A DNA stretch of 64,000 nt from Puniceicoccaceae bacterium (GTDB lineage: Bacteria > Verrucomicrobiota > Verrucomicrobiia > Opitutales > Oceanipulchritudinaceae). Both the position numbers and the translations under genes were made by a program. Positions 14,239-23,387 of this stretch are shown piece after piece (the first letter of the stretch is position 1; every line of letters begins with the position of its first letter). The DNA lies in NCBI GenBank assembly GCA_040830765.1, contig JBFOMH010000032.1, positions 1-64,000 on the forward strand, in the 5' to 3' direction. The notes under the pieces are model-generated. The model had not been told where the DNA came from. It worked only from the letters and a program-made list of their open reading frames with translations, and did no database searches.

Positions 14239-15783
14239 ATGAAGAAATTGCTTCCAGTGCTCGTCCTTTTCCTGGCCGCTGCCTCCGTATCTGCGGAGAG
14301 TTTTGGGGAGAAGTATGTCAAAGTCACCCGGCCCGTTGTTGACGTTAAGCAGGTCTTTACACCAGGTGACCTTCCACAGTCAGACATTCCGGCCTTTCCC
14401 GGTGCCGAGGGTGGGGGAAAGTATAGCTTCGGCGGCCGTGGAGGTGAGGTTTTTGTTGTGACCACACTGGCGGACTCAGGGCCGGGTTCCCTGCGGGAAG
14501 CAGTTGAGGCACAGGTTCCTCGCATCATCGTCTTCAATGTCGCAGGCATTATTGATCTCGAGTCACCACTGGTTATCGATTCTCCCTATATCACGATTGC
14601 CGGCCAGACTGCTCCGGGTGACGGGATTTGCATCTCCGGTGAAACTGTCGACATCAGTACGCACGACGTGGTCTTGCGCTATCTACGGGTCCGCCGGGGC
14701 CTGATCACCGACCACATGAGCCGGGATGATGCCGTTGGCGGCAACCCAGTGGGGAATATCATTATCGACCATTGCAGTTTCAGTTGGGGAATTGATGAGA
14801 ATGTCTCCCTCTATCGCTATGCCTACAATGCCGCGGAGGGCGGCAAACACCTGATTGGCCCGACCCGTAACATTACCATCCAGTGGTCCATTTCCAGCGA
14901 ATGCCTCGATACGCACAACCATGGCTTTGGCGGAACCTGGGGTGGACGCAACACGAGCCTGCACCATAATCTCTTTGCCAACAACACCGCCCGCAATCCC
15001 AGCGTGGGGATGGGATTCGACTTCAATTTCGTCAACAACGTCATCTTCAATTGGCGCCACCGGACCCTTGATGGCGGGGACTACCGTAGCCGGAAGAACA
15101 TCATCAACAATTACTACAAGCCGGGACCGGCGACCCAGGAAGGGATTATCCAGCGCCGTATTGGTCGCATCCAGCCCGGACCGGACCGCGCGGATAACAA
15201 ATTGGGTCGTCCCCAGCACTGGTACGTTCATGGCAATATCGTTCATGGTGATGCCGAGGTCACCGCCGACAACTGGAATGGAGGTGTCCATTATGACGAC
15301 TGGGGATTCATTCCGGAGGACCGGTTGCCCTTTATCAAGTCAGACGATCCCTTCCCGATGGCTCCCATAACCATCCATACCGCTGAACGGGCATTGGAAC
15401 TTGTCCTTCAGCACGGTGGTGCCTCCCTGCCTCGTCGTGACCCTGTCGATACACGCATCATGGAGGAAGTCCGCACCGGTGAGGTGACTTACCGGAAGGG
15501 CAACGGGATCATTTCTGACATTCGGCAGGTAGGTGGATTTCCCGAATACAAGGGAACGCCCTACAAGGACCGCGACGGTGATGGAATGCCTGACTGGTGG
15601 GAAGAGCGCTTCAGCCTTGATCCGGAAAGCGCCGAGGATGCCCGGTTTGACATGAGTGGCGACGGCTACAGCAACATTGAGTGTTTCCTCAGCGGGCTGG
15701 ACCCATGGCAATATATCGACTGGCGCGATCCGACCCGTAACTTCAATACGCTCCTTCTGCCCAACAACAGCCTTGTCCGTTAA
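14239..15783 (+). CDS. PL1 pectate lyase
   Basis: Signal peptide; AFPGAEGGG, IAGQTAPGDG, IIDHCSFSWGIDEN, DRDGDGMPD. Confidence 0.88.
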   Translation: MKKLLPVLVLFLAAASVSAESFGEKYVKVTRPVVDVKQVFTPGDLPQSDIPAFPGAEGGGKYSFGGRGGEVFVVTTLADSGPGSLREAVEAQVPRIIVFNVAGIIDLESPLVIDSPYITIAGQTAPGDGICISGETVDISTHDVVLRYLRVRRGLITDHMSRDDAVGGNPVGNIIIDHCSFSWGIDENVSLYRYAYNAAEGGKHLIGPTRNITIQWSISSECLDTHNHGFGGTWGGRNTSLHHNLFANNTARNPSVGMGFDFNFVNNVIFNWRHRTLDGGDYRSRKNIINNYYKPGPATQEGIIQRRIGRIQPGPDRADNKLGRPQHWYVHGNIVHGDAEVTADNWNGGVHYDDWGFIPEDRLPFIKSDDPFPMAPITIHTAERALELVLQHGGASLPRRDPVDTRIMEEVRTGEVTYRKGNGIISDIRQVGGFPEYKGTPYKDRDGDGMPDWWEERFSLDPESAEDARFDMSGDGYSNIECFLSGLDPWQYIDWRDPTRNFNTLLLPNNSLVR

Positions 15784-15819
15784 TTCATTCCCAGCCCGAA
15801 CTTCTTGAGGACTCGATTA

Positions 15820-16803
15820 ATGAACCATTCATTTGAGAAACGCATTTTAACCGGCATCAGCCTGCTGGCAGCTCTCCTGCCTGTCTCGCTTGGCGCTGAA
15901 ATCTCCAGCGATGAGGCCTTCGCAATTCCGGCCCGTCTCACCGTTCCCCGGGCCTGGACCCTCGAGCGGATCGTCATTGATGGTGACCTTCGCGACCGGG
16001 CCTGGGAGCAGGGAACCATGACCTACGGATTCGTCAATGCGACCGGCGATAGCGCTCCGACGGAACCCACCCGGGCCCGCATCATTCATGACTACGACGC
16101 GCTCTACATTGCCTTCACAGTTGAAGAGGCGGATATGGACAGCCGGGTCTCCTCAATGGATGACAAGGTAGGACTAACCGGCGATTCCGTTGGGTTCGTA
16201 CTGGAATACGAAAGCAATGGGACACTTTTTGTGACCCGGATCTCTGTCGACCATGAAGGTAATTTCATGCAGGAAGGTGGCCAACCCAGTGTCTGGGGCG
16301 GGCCGGGAGGAATTGAATCCGCCGTGGCCGAACGGCAGGGTGCCTGGGATGTGGAAATTGCAATTCCCTGGGCGCAGTTATCCACCGCATTTCCAAGCCC
16401 CGGGGACATTTGGCGGGTAAATTTTTACAGGAACAGCACCTCCAACAAGGAAGGGAAACCGGAAAAGAGCTCCTGGTTGCCGGCGGGACAAAAGGGAGAG
16501 CTGCGTTTTGGCCGGGATTGCCTGGTCTATCTCTATTCAAAGCGGCCTTTCTACAGCTCTGACGAAATCATGGTCTACAACTACGCCGACCGCCTACATC
16601 GTCTGGTAGGAACCTATGTCAATGACCAGGGTGAGGAAGTGCAGTCGGTTACTGTTCACTTGGGACCGGGTCACCGCCGTCAGCATTACAGGATGGAGGG
16701 ACTCAAGCACGGCATGTATTATGTCATCGTGCGGGACCGCGAGGCAGCACCGGGAACGGATGACGTGGTCATGGTTGTTCCCCGGCCCCAGTTCGGTAAA
16801 TGA
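15820..16803 (+). CDS. CBM9-like/DOMON sugar-binding domain protein
   Basis: Signal peptide; IVIDGDL.D.AW, LYIAF, WDVEIAIPW, WRVNFYR. ATG 15820 preferred over TTG 15805. Confidence 0.7.
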   Translation: MNHSFEKRILTGISLLAALLPVSLGAEISSDEAFAIPARLTVPRAWTLERIVIDGDLRDRAWEQGTMTYGFVNATGDSAPTEPTRARIIHDYDALYIAFTVEEADMDSRVSSMDDKVGLTGDSVGFVLEYESNGTLFVTRISVDHEGNFMQEGGQPSVWGGPGGIESAVAERQGAWDVEIAIPWAQLSTAFPSPGDIWRVNFYRNSTSNKEGKPEKSSWLPAGQKGELRFGRDCLVYLYSKRPFYSSDEIMVYNYADRLHRLVGTYVNDQGEEVQSVTVHLGPGHRRQHYRMEGLKHGMYYVIVRDREAAPGTDDVVMVVPRPQFGK

Positions 16804-16853
16804 GGTAATCCTTGCGGGTTGAAATTCCGCGCCAGGAAGCTTATCTTGATTGC

Positions 16854-17363
16854 ATGAGGATAAAGGTTTGCAGTCTCCTGATTCTCAGCTTCTTCCTCCC
16901 GTCATTTGCTCGTGGCGGTGACCTGACCGTCACCTTTGATCCGGTTGAGGACTTCACGGACTTCAGCCTGCACGAGCCCGAATCGGCAGAGGATGCGCGC
17001 ATCATATTTGAGAAGGAGCTACAGGCCTACTGGGAACGACGTCTCGCTGAGCTGCTCCCGGAAGGCTCCTCATTGGAGTTCCATTTCACGGACATCGACA
17101 TGGCCGGTGACCGCAACATGGCACGCGATGCCACCGGACGGCAGATCCGGCTCTACGATGACCGCTTCCTGCCTCGTCTTTTCTTCGCTTACACCATCAA
17201 AGACGCAGCAGGCGAAATCATCCAGTCAGGCGAGACCCTGGCCATGGACAAGCGCTACCAGTTCGGCGGCTCCGGACGCATTGCCCACGAGGAGTTTGCC
17301 TTTGCCTTCGAACTGGAGGCCCTGCGCAAATGGCTGCGCGGTCTGAATCTGGCGAAAGAGTAA
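16854..17363 (+). CDS. DUF3016 domain protein
   Basis: Signal peptide; VTFDPVEDFTD, FTDIDMAGD, IRLY...PR, ALRKWL. Confidence 0.7.
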   Translation: MRIKVCSLLILSFFLPSFARGGDLTVTFDPVEDFTDFSLHEPESAEDARIIFEKELQAYWERRLAELLPEGSSLEFHFTDIDMAGDRNMARDATGRQIRLYDDRFLPRLFFAYTIKDAAGEIIQSGETLAMDKRYQFGGSGRIAHEEFAFAFELEALRKWLRGLNLAKE

Positions 17364-17430
17364 TTGAGCATACCCTCCAACCTCAATTATCCTTCTCGAA
17401 CCTCACCTATCCTTCCTGAATCCTACCTAT

Positions 17431-17477
17431 TCGTCTCGAAGAGACGATATAAACTAGCCCGGGGATTCATCCCCGGG
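17431..17477. repeat. Paired inverted repeats (REP-like or terminator) between convergent genes
   Basis: TCGTCTC-GAA-GAGACGA at 17431-17447 and CCCGGGGAT-TC-ATCCCCGGG at 17458-17477. Confidence 0.5.
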
Positions 17478-17497
17478 TCTGGGAGGGCGAACGGTAA

Positions 17498-18883
17498 TCA
17501 ATCCCCATCCACCCAGAGGATATTCCGGGTCATGTTCTTCGAAGCCGGTTTTTCCCCTGAGGGGGTAATGATCTTAACATTCTTGAGAAGAATATTTTCG
17601 GCGTTGGAAATCACCCCGGGAGCCGCCGCCTCAATGGTCACGTTTTCGAAAAAGATGTTGCGCACCGGAGCATCCTCCAGTCCGTAAATTTCCAGACCTT
17701 CGTCGGGGCAGGCTTCCACCTTCAGGTTGCGGATGGTGATGTTGCGGAAGAAGGGCAGGCCGTCCTCCGGGGGCACCGGTTCGGCCAGCTTGTGCCAGTG
17801 GTCCGGGTACTCCTTTCCTTCCTCAAGCACTTCCCCATAGCTGTAGGCGGGGAACCAATTGGACTCAAACTTGACCGGGTTCTTTACGTTGACCATCTCA
17901 TTGTCGAAAATATCGATGGCTTCGACGACGCCACCGCGCGTACGGGCTGACTTGAAGCGGATTCCGAAGATCGTTCCGATGGCCTTGTTGTTGTAGACCT
18001 TGACATTGCGGATGCTGCCGGAGGTTTCGCTGCCACAGGTGAACATGCCCATTCCCCGCCGAGCGATGTTATTGCGGATGATGATATTTTCCGTCGGCAG
18101 GTTGACCGCGATACCATCCGAGTCGCGACCCGACTTGAGGGTTATATTGTCGTCATTGCAGTCGATGTCACAGTTCTGGACGATGACATTCCTTGAGGAG
18201 TCCATGTTGACCCCGTCCGTGCTGGGCCCGAATCCTTCCTTCTCCGGGACACCGTCGATATTGTTGCGTATCGTCAGCCCATCAACGAGGACGTTCTGGG
18301 AGTAGACGATGTGACACGTCCAGAAGGCGGACAACTTCAGGTGCAGGTCGCGGATTTCCACATTTTCGCAGTTGTAGATCTGGATCAGCAGCGGACGTCC
18401 GACATCGTAGTCAACAACCCAGCGCAACCCCTTGGCGGAGTATTCCTCCTGCATCTCCCAATACCATGGCCAGAAGTATTCATTGCCCCGGCCATTGATG
18501 GTGCCCGTTCCGGAAAGCTTCACGTTGTGCCGGCCGCGCGCATTGATGAGGGCGGCTGGCCACTCCATTTCAATCCCTGCCACACGTGTCCAAAGCTTCG
18601 GGTAGTCCTCGGGGTCGATGGAACCGACCAGCTCCGCTCCCTCGGCGACATGAAACTCGACGTTGCTTTTCAGGAAGAGGGGGGAAACAAGGTACTTGCC
18701 CGGGCCGACTACCACCCGTCCGCCACCGTCCCGTGCGCAGACATCGATGGCACGCTGGATGTGCTCAGTCGTCAGGGTGGAACCGTCGGAGATGGCCCCG
18801 AAGTCAGAGACAGGGTAGTCCCGGGCGTTGAGGCCTGTGCAGCAAGTCATTAGGAGGATAGTAATAAATTGAAGGGATTTCAT
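17498..18883 (-). CDS. GH28 polygalacturonase/alpha-galacturonidase
   Basis: STDG, CNDDNITLKSGRD, CGSE, GIRFKS motifs; signal peptide. Confidence 0.9.
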   Translation of the reverse strand: MKSLQFITILLMTCCTGLNARDYPVSDFGAISDGSTLTTEHIQRAIDVCARDGGGRVVVGPGKYLVSPLFLKSNVEFHVAEGAELVGSIDPEDYPKLWTRVAGIEMEWPAALINARGRHNVKLSGTGTINGRGNEYFWPWYWEMQEEYSAKGLRWVVDYDVGRPLLIQIYNCENVEIRDLHLKLSAFWTCHIVYSQNVLVDGLTIRNNIDGVPEKEGFGPSTDGVNMDSSRNVIVQNCDIDCNDDNITLKSGRDSDGIAVNLPTENIIIRNNIARRGMGMFTCGSETSGSIRNVKVYNNKAIGTIFGIRFKSARTRGGVVEAIDIFDNEMVNVKNPVKFESNWFPAYSYGEVLEEGKEYPDHWHKLAEPVPPEDGLPFFRNITIRNLKVEACPDEGLEIYGLEDAPVRNIFFENVTIEAAAPGVISNAENILLKNVKIITPSGEKPASKNMTRNILWVDGD

Positions 18884-18898
18884 GACACGTAATCGAGT

Positions 18899-20026
18899 TT
18901 ACTGCGTTGAGAAGCGATGGATGGTTTTTGTGCGATAGGTCTCACCCGGATTGAGACGGGTTGAGGGAAAGTTTGCCTGGTTGGGTGAATCCGGAAAGTG
19001 CTGGGTCTCGAGACACAATCCGTAACGGAAGTGGTAGATCGCGCCTCCTTTGCCTTTCAGCGTCCCGTCGAGGAAATTGCCGCTGTAGAACTGGATGCCC
19101 GGTTCTTCTGTCCAGATTTCCATCTCCCTCCCGCTGTCGGGATCATAGAGGCGGGCGGCAAAGTTCAGCGTCGCCTCCTCGTCGGTGTTGAGCACCCAAT
19201 TGTGGTCGTAGCCACCTCCGAGGAGAAGCTGTTCAAAGTCGGATTCAATACGCGATCCAATGGGCCGTGCCATGCGGAAGTCCATTGGAGTGCCTTCCAC
19301 GGGTGCCAGTTCCCCGGTCGGGATAAGCCCGCTGTCCACTGGCGTGTAGCGGTCCGCATTGAGGGTCAGTTCATGGTCGAGGATGGTCCCGCGTCCCTGG
19401 CCGTGGAGATTGAAATAACTGTGATGGGTCAAATTGACGACGGTGGGCTGATCACTGGTGGCCTCGTAGGTAATGACAAATTGATTCTTGTCGTCGAGTG
19501 TGTAGACAACCGTGGCGGACAGGTTTCCGGGATAACCTTCTTCTCCATCCGGACTGGTATAGCGGAAGGTAACCGAGGCGGAATCTTCTGTGCTGGAGGG
19601 TTCGGATTGCCACAAGACCTTGTCAAATCCCTGGTTCCCCCCATGGAGGTGGTTTTCGTTGTTGTTGATCGTCAATTGGTAGGAAATTCCGTCGATCTCG
19701 AACTGTCCCTTGCCGATGCGGTTACCGTAGCGACCCACGACACAGCCAAAGTAAGGCGTTTCGATCAGGTAATCCTCCAGCTTCTCATAGCCGAGAACGA
19801 CATCACCCAGGTTGCCATCCCGGTCGGGGACATGCAGTTCGGTAACGATGGCCCCGTAGTCAGTGACCTTGAGGACCAGCCCGTTGCTGTTGGTCAGGGT
19901 GTAGAGGCGCGCTTCGCTGCCATCGGGAAGTTGACCATAGGTGGCTTCCTTGATGCTGGGCGCTGAATGAAGGAGCGTACCAATGAGGAGGCAGGAGATA
20001 CAGGCGAGTGGTTTGAGTGTATTCAT
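18899..20026 (-). CDS. galM: Aldose 1-epimerase (mutarotase) with signal peptide
   Basis: GRYGNRI, HLHGG, EEGYPG, NLTHHSYFNL, YDHN, CLETQHFPDSPN. Confidence 0.92.
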   Translation of the reverse strand: MNTLKPLACISCLLIGTLLHSAPSIKEATYGQLPDGSEARLYTLTNSNGLVLKVTDYGAIVTELHVPDRDGNLGDVVLGYEKLEDYLIETPYFGCVVGRYGNRIGKGQFEIDGISYQLTINNNENHLHGGNQGFDKVLWQSEPSSTEDSASVTFRYTSPDGEEGYPGNLSATVVYTLDDKNQFVITYEATSDQPTVVNLTHHSYFNLHGQGRGTILDHELTLNADRYTPVDSGLIPTGELAPVEGTPMDFRMARPIGSRIESDFEQLLLGGGYDHNWVLNTDEEATLNFAARLYDPDSGREMEIWTEEPGIQFYSGNFLDGTLKGKGGAIYHFRYGLCLETQHFPDSPNQANFPSTRLNPGETYRTKTIHRFSTQ

Positions 20027-21315
20027 GATTCAGTAGTGGATGATTCTTGTTTGGGAGGGTTGTTTTTCCAATAATTGGCCAGGATGGATCCGGAAATATT
20101 CATCCATGGACTAAAGACCGCCGAGGCCAGGCCGAGTGTTCCCAGCTTGCCCATCGAACCGGCAATGCCGGAGGCCATGCCACCATTTTGCAGGCCGACC
20201 TCCAGCGCCATCGCCCGGGCAGATTGCTGGTCGAGACCAAGCAGGCGGCTGAGCCAGAACCCAAGGACATATCCGGTGGCGTTGTGAAGGACCGAGGCAA
20301 GGAAGAGAAGGAGTCCTATCTGCAGCAGCTGTTCACGGCCGGCGGCAGTCGTCACGGTAGTGAAATAAACGATACCGGCCATTGAAATATACGGCATGAG
20401 GCTGTCGAGGCGCCGGATCAGCAGGGTAGCGCCGTGGTAGAGGAGCCCGAACAGGACGGCGCCGGCAAAGTAGCCCAGGATGGCGAGGGAGGCTGCAGCC
20501 TGCTCATTGAAGCTGGCCTTGATCCACGCAGCACCGCCCGCAAGGAGGATAACCAGATAGGCTGCAGAGAATCCCGCCAGCACATAGACATTGCGCCTGC
20601 CTTGACTACTGCAATGGCGCAGGAAGTCGTGCAGCAGTGCAGCCCCAATGGGGACCAGGACAATCTTGATGATCTGCAGCATCATCTTCAGGAAATCGAT
20701 CTCGATAAGCGTCCCGGCCAGCATCTTCATCAGGAAGGGGGTGCAGAAGGGCGCCAGCAAAGTGGCGCAGGCCGTAACCGTGATCGAGAGGACAAGGTTG
20801 GCCCGGGCCAGGTAGGTCATGACGTTCGAGGCGAGGCCGCTGGAACAGGAACCAATGAGAATGATACCCGCCGCGATCTCCGCCGGAAAACTGAAGACCT
20901 TTGTCAAAATCAAGCCGGAAACCGGCATGATGGAGAACTGGCACAGGAGGCCAACAAATACCCCTCTTGGTGAGCGGCTGATGCCCTTGAAATCCGTGGT
21001 GTGCATCTGCGTCCCCATGCCGAACATGACCGCCTGGACGACCAACAGGACCAGGACCGGGTTGCGCAAGTCAAATTCGCCCCAGCTCAGGAAGGCGGCA
21101 GGGTAGGCCAGTCCTGCGACAACAGCGGTGACGATCCAGGCGGTGTACTGGTATCCTTTCCATTTCTCAAGCGCTCCCAGTCCAAGGGAGAGGCAGACAC
21201 TGGATGCCAGCAGGGCCGCGTTCCACAGGGTCTGGTTCTGGAGGAACAGGCCGAGCAGGACTGTCAGGCCGGCAAGGGCGCTGGCATAGAGACAGGACTG
21301 GCGTAGAACCTTCAT
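20023..21315 (-). CDS. Bile acid:sodium symporter (BASS) family transporter
   Basis: MFGMG, QFSIMP, SSGLASNVMTYLA, EVGLQNGGMA; polytopic membrane protein. Confidence 0.85.
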   Translation of the reverse strand: MKVLRQSCLYASALAGLTVLLGLFLQNQTLWNAALLASSVCLSLGLGALEKWKGYQYTAWIVTAVVAGLAYPAAFLSWGEFDLRNPVLVLLVVQAVMFGMGTQMHTTDFKGISRSPRGVFVGLLCQFSIMPVSGLILTKVFSFPAEIAAGIILIGSCSSGLASNVMTYLARANLVLSITVTACATLLAPFCTPFLMKMLAGTLIEIDFLKMMLQIIKIVLVPIGAALLHDFLRHCSSQGRRNVYVLAGFSAAYLVILLAGGAAWIKASFNEQAAASLAILGYFAGAVLFGLLYHGATLLIRRLDSLMPYISMAGIVYFTTVTTAAGREQLLQIGLLLFLASVLHNATGYVLGFWLSRLLGLDQQSARAMALEVGLQNGGMASGIAGSMGKLGTLGLASAVFSPWMNISGSILANYWKNNPPKQESSTTES

Positions 21316-21980
21316 TTATCAGAATCGAGTTGGCCCGCCAGCCATTGCATGGCCAGGGCGGGACTGGATAAAATTGGAACCCGGCACTCCTCTGCCGGAA
21401 TGGTGTCCACGACACGAGCCATCGAGGCTTGGGCAAGGAGGATGACATCACAGTCCGCCATCAAGGCGAAGAGACCCTCACGGACGCTTGCGTCATGCGC
21501 TTCAGGATCGCCTGACATGAGTGCCTCAAACGCGCCTTCGCAGAGATGCGATTGAACGTCGATTTCCTTGAGGGCAGTCTTGGCTACCCGTTCGACGAGA
21601 TTCCTGGTCGGCTCAAGAGTGGTGGGCAGTGTGGCAATAACTCCAATCCGACTGCCGCTGGCAACGGCCTTTTCGGCCATCGCCTGATCCACCCGGTAGA
21701 CTGGCACGGAGACAAAGAGGCGCGAGGCCTCAACAGCTGCCCCTATGGAAGAACAGGTGACAAGGATCCGCGTGGCCCCGCTCCCTTCCGCCTGTCGCAC
21801 AAGTTCTGCCACCCGCCAGGCGACATCCGGGGTCAGGCATCCGCTGGCGATGACATCCTTGATAAGGCTGTCGTTGGCGATGTGGAAGGTTGCCACTCCT
21901 GGAAGGGAATTGCTGGCCAGGTCCGTGAATAAGGGAACCAGGGTGGCGGAGGTGTGGATAAAGGCTATTTTCTCTTCCAT
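21312..21980 (-). CDS. Asp/Glu/hydantoin racemase superfamily protein (single-Cys type)
   Basis: IAFIHTS, ILVTCSSIG, RVDQAM, IGVIATLPTTL; ILLAQASM has Gln at the second Cys position. Start MEEKIAF at 21980. Confidence 0.75.
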   Translation of the reverse strand: MEEKIAFIHTSATLVPLFTDLASNSLPGVATFHIANDSLIKDVIASGCLTPDVAWRVAELVRQAEGSGATRILVTCSSIGAAVEASRLFVSVPVYRVDQAMAEKAVASGSRIGVIATLPTTLEPTRNLVERVAKTALKEIDVQSHLCEGAFEALMSGDPEAHDASVREGLFALMADCDVILLAQASMARVVDTIPAEECRVPILSSPALAMQWLAGQLDSDK

Positions 21981-21982
21981 AA

Positions 21983-23386
21983 TTACAAGGTCAGGAGGTG
22001 GCATTGGCTATGGGATGCGGCTTTGATGAAGTAATCTGGCGTTCCGATTTGGCCGCCCTTGAAATTGATTTCTTTTCCATCAAGCTTAGATCCGGCGGCG
22101 TGTATGCGGCAAAACGGGGCCCCGCGGACAAAGGGCTGACTGACAGTCATGGCCTCAATGCCCATGGCGGCTGCGACATGTCCGGACGTGTCCCCACCGG
22201 CCACTACGATACGTTCCAAGCCCGTTTGCTCGATCACTTGATGTGCGATCGATCCCATGGCTGTCCCGAGAATACGCGGCACTTCAGACCCAGCTGCCTG
22301 CTCGCTGAAACGTTTCCGGATGGCTGCCCGGGTGTAACGGGTGCGTCCGTCATCCGGACCGGAATAGGTGTGCAGAATGGCACTCTTTTTGTCCCGCATC
22401 ATCCGGTTAATTCGTTCCACTGTGTTGGAAATGACCGCCTCTTCATTACCGGCAAATATCCCGACGGTATCAAGGGCCAGCTCGGCAAAGCCGGCCTTCG
22501 TCGCTTCCTGGATCTGATTGACAGTCACTGGCGAGCAACTGCCTGAGAGGACGAGGATTGGTTCATCGTAAGCCCCTTCTGCAGTAGCGGGTTCTGGCGG
22601 TGTCGGCCGGTTATCACGCCATGCATGAGCCAGGGCGTATTCCACAGCGGATGAACCGACCGAAAAAAGTGTCCCCTCTTCCGGCACATTGTCTTCCATC
22701 AAGAAACCGGGAATCGACAAGTCAGACTCGACAAATGCGTCGAAGAGAACCGCCTCGGTATAGCCGTCTGCGAGCAAGGTTGCCAGGGCCTCGGAGGCTT
22801 GAGCTCGCTCCATCCGGCAGTGGAAGATATCGAAAAGAGCCGTTTCCCAGCCAGCTTGTTCCTTCAATCTCAGGCGGATATCACTTTCCCGTGCCGGTGT
22901 CACTGGATGATGGGCCATCGACGGGTGCCGGTCCAACCGGTAGACAGGGCTGATATCCCCGGTACCAAGTCGCGCAAACAAGTGTCCGAAAATGCAATAC
23001 CGCCCGAGGTCAGGAACCCCGATCAGGACAGGGACAAACTTCGATTTGAAACAGGCAGCACCAACCCGCATGGCAACCCCAATATTGCCCGTTTCCGGGG
23101 ATGAATCAAAAGTTGAGCATACCTTGTAATGGCAGTGCCTTGGATTGATGGAGCGGATGAAATCAAAGACCGGCTCGAGGGTTTCCCGCATCCTGTCCGG
23201 TCCCATGGTCCGGGTTGTCCCTGCGATGCCAAACGCCTCGAGATCCTCAAATGCGGCTAGTTGCTCTTTGGTCGGGACATTCGGAAAAAGCGCTGTCCGG
23301 ATTCCGGCAAGATGTAATAATTCCAAGGCGTCCGTGGACCCGGTGAAGTCGTCCCCGTAGAACACAAGTTGGTTTCGCGTGGGCAT
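21983..23386 (-). CDS. Four-carbon acid sugar kinase (DUF1537), 3-oxo-isoapionate kinase OiaK-like
   Basis: YGDDFTGSTD, HYKVCSTFDSS, HPVTP, SGSCS, AGGDTSG, KGGQIG. ATG 23386 directly follows the RLP stop. Confidence 0.85.
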   Translation of the reverse strand: MPTRNQLVFYGDDFTGSTDALELLHLAGIRTALFPNVPTKEQLAAFEDLEAFGIAGTTRTMGPDRMRETLEPVFDFIRSINPRHCHYKVCSTFDSSPETGNIGVAMRVGAACFKSKFVPVLIGVPDLGRYCIFGHLFARLGTGDISPVYRLDRHPSMAHHPVTPARESDIRLRLKEQAGWETALFDIFHCRMERAQASEALATLLADGYTEAVLFDAFVESDLSIPGFLMEDNVPEEGTLFSVGSSAVEYALAHAWRDNRPTPPEPATAEGAYDEPILVLSGSCSPVTVNQIQEATKAGFAELALDTVGIFAGNEEAVISNTVERINRMMRDKKSAILHTYSGPDDGRTRYTRAAIRKRFSEQAAGSEVPRILGTAMGSIAHQVIEQTGLERIVVAGGDTSGHVAAAMGIEAMTVSQPFVRGAPFCRIHAAGSKLDGKEINFKGGQIGTPDYFIKAASHSQCHLLTL

Positions 23387-23387
23387 C

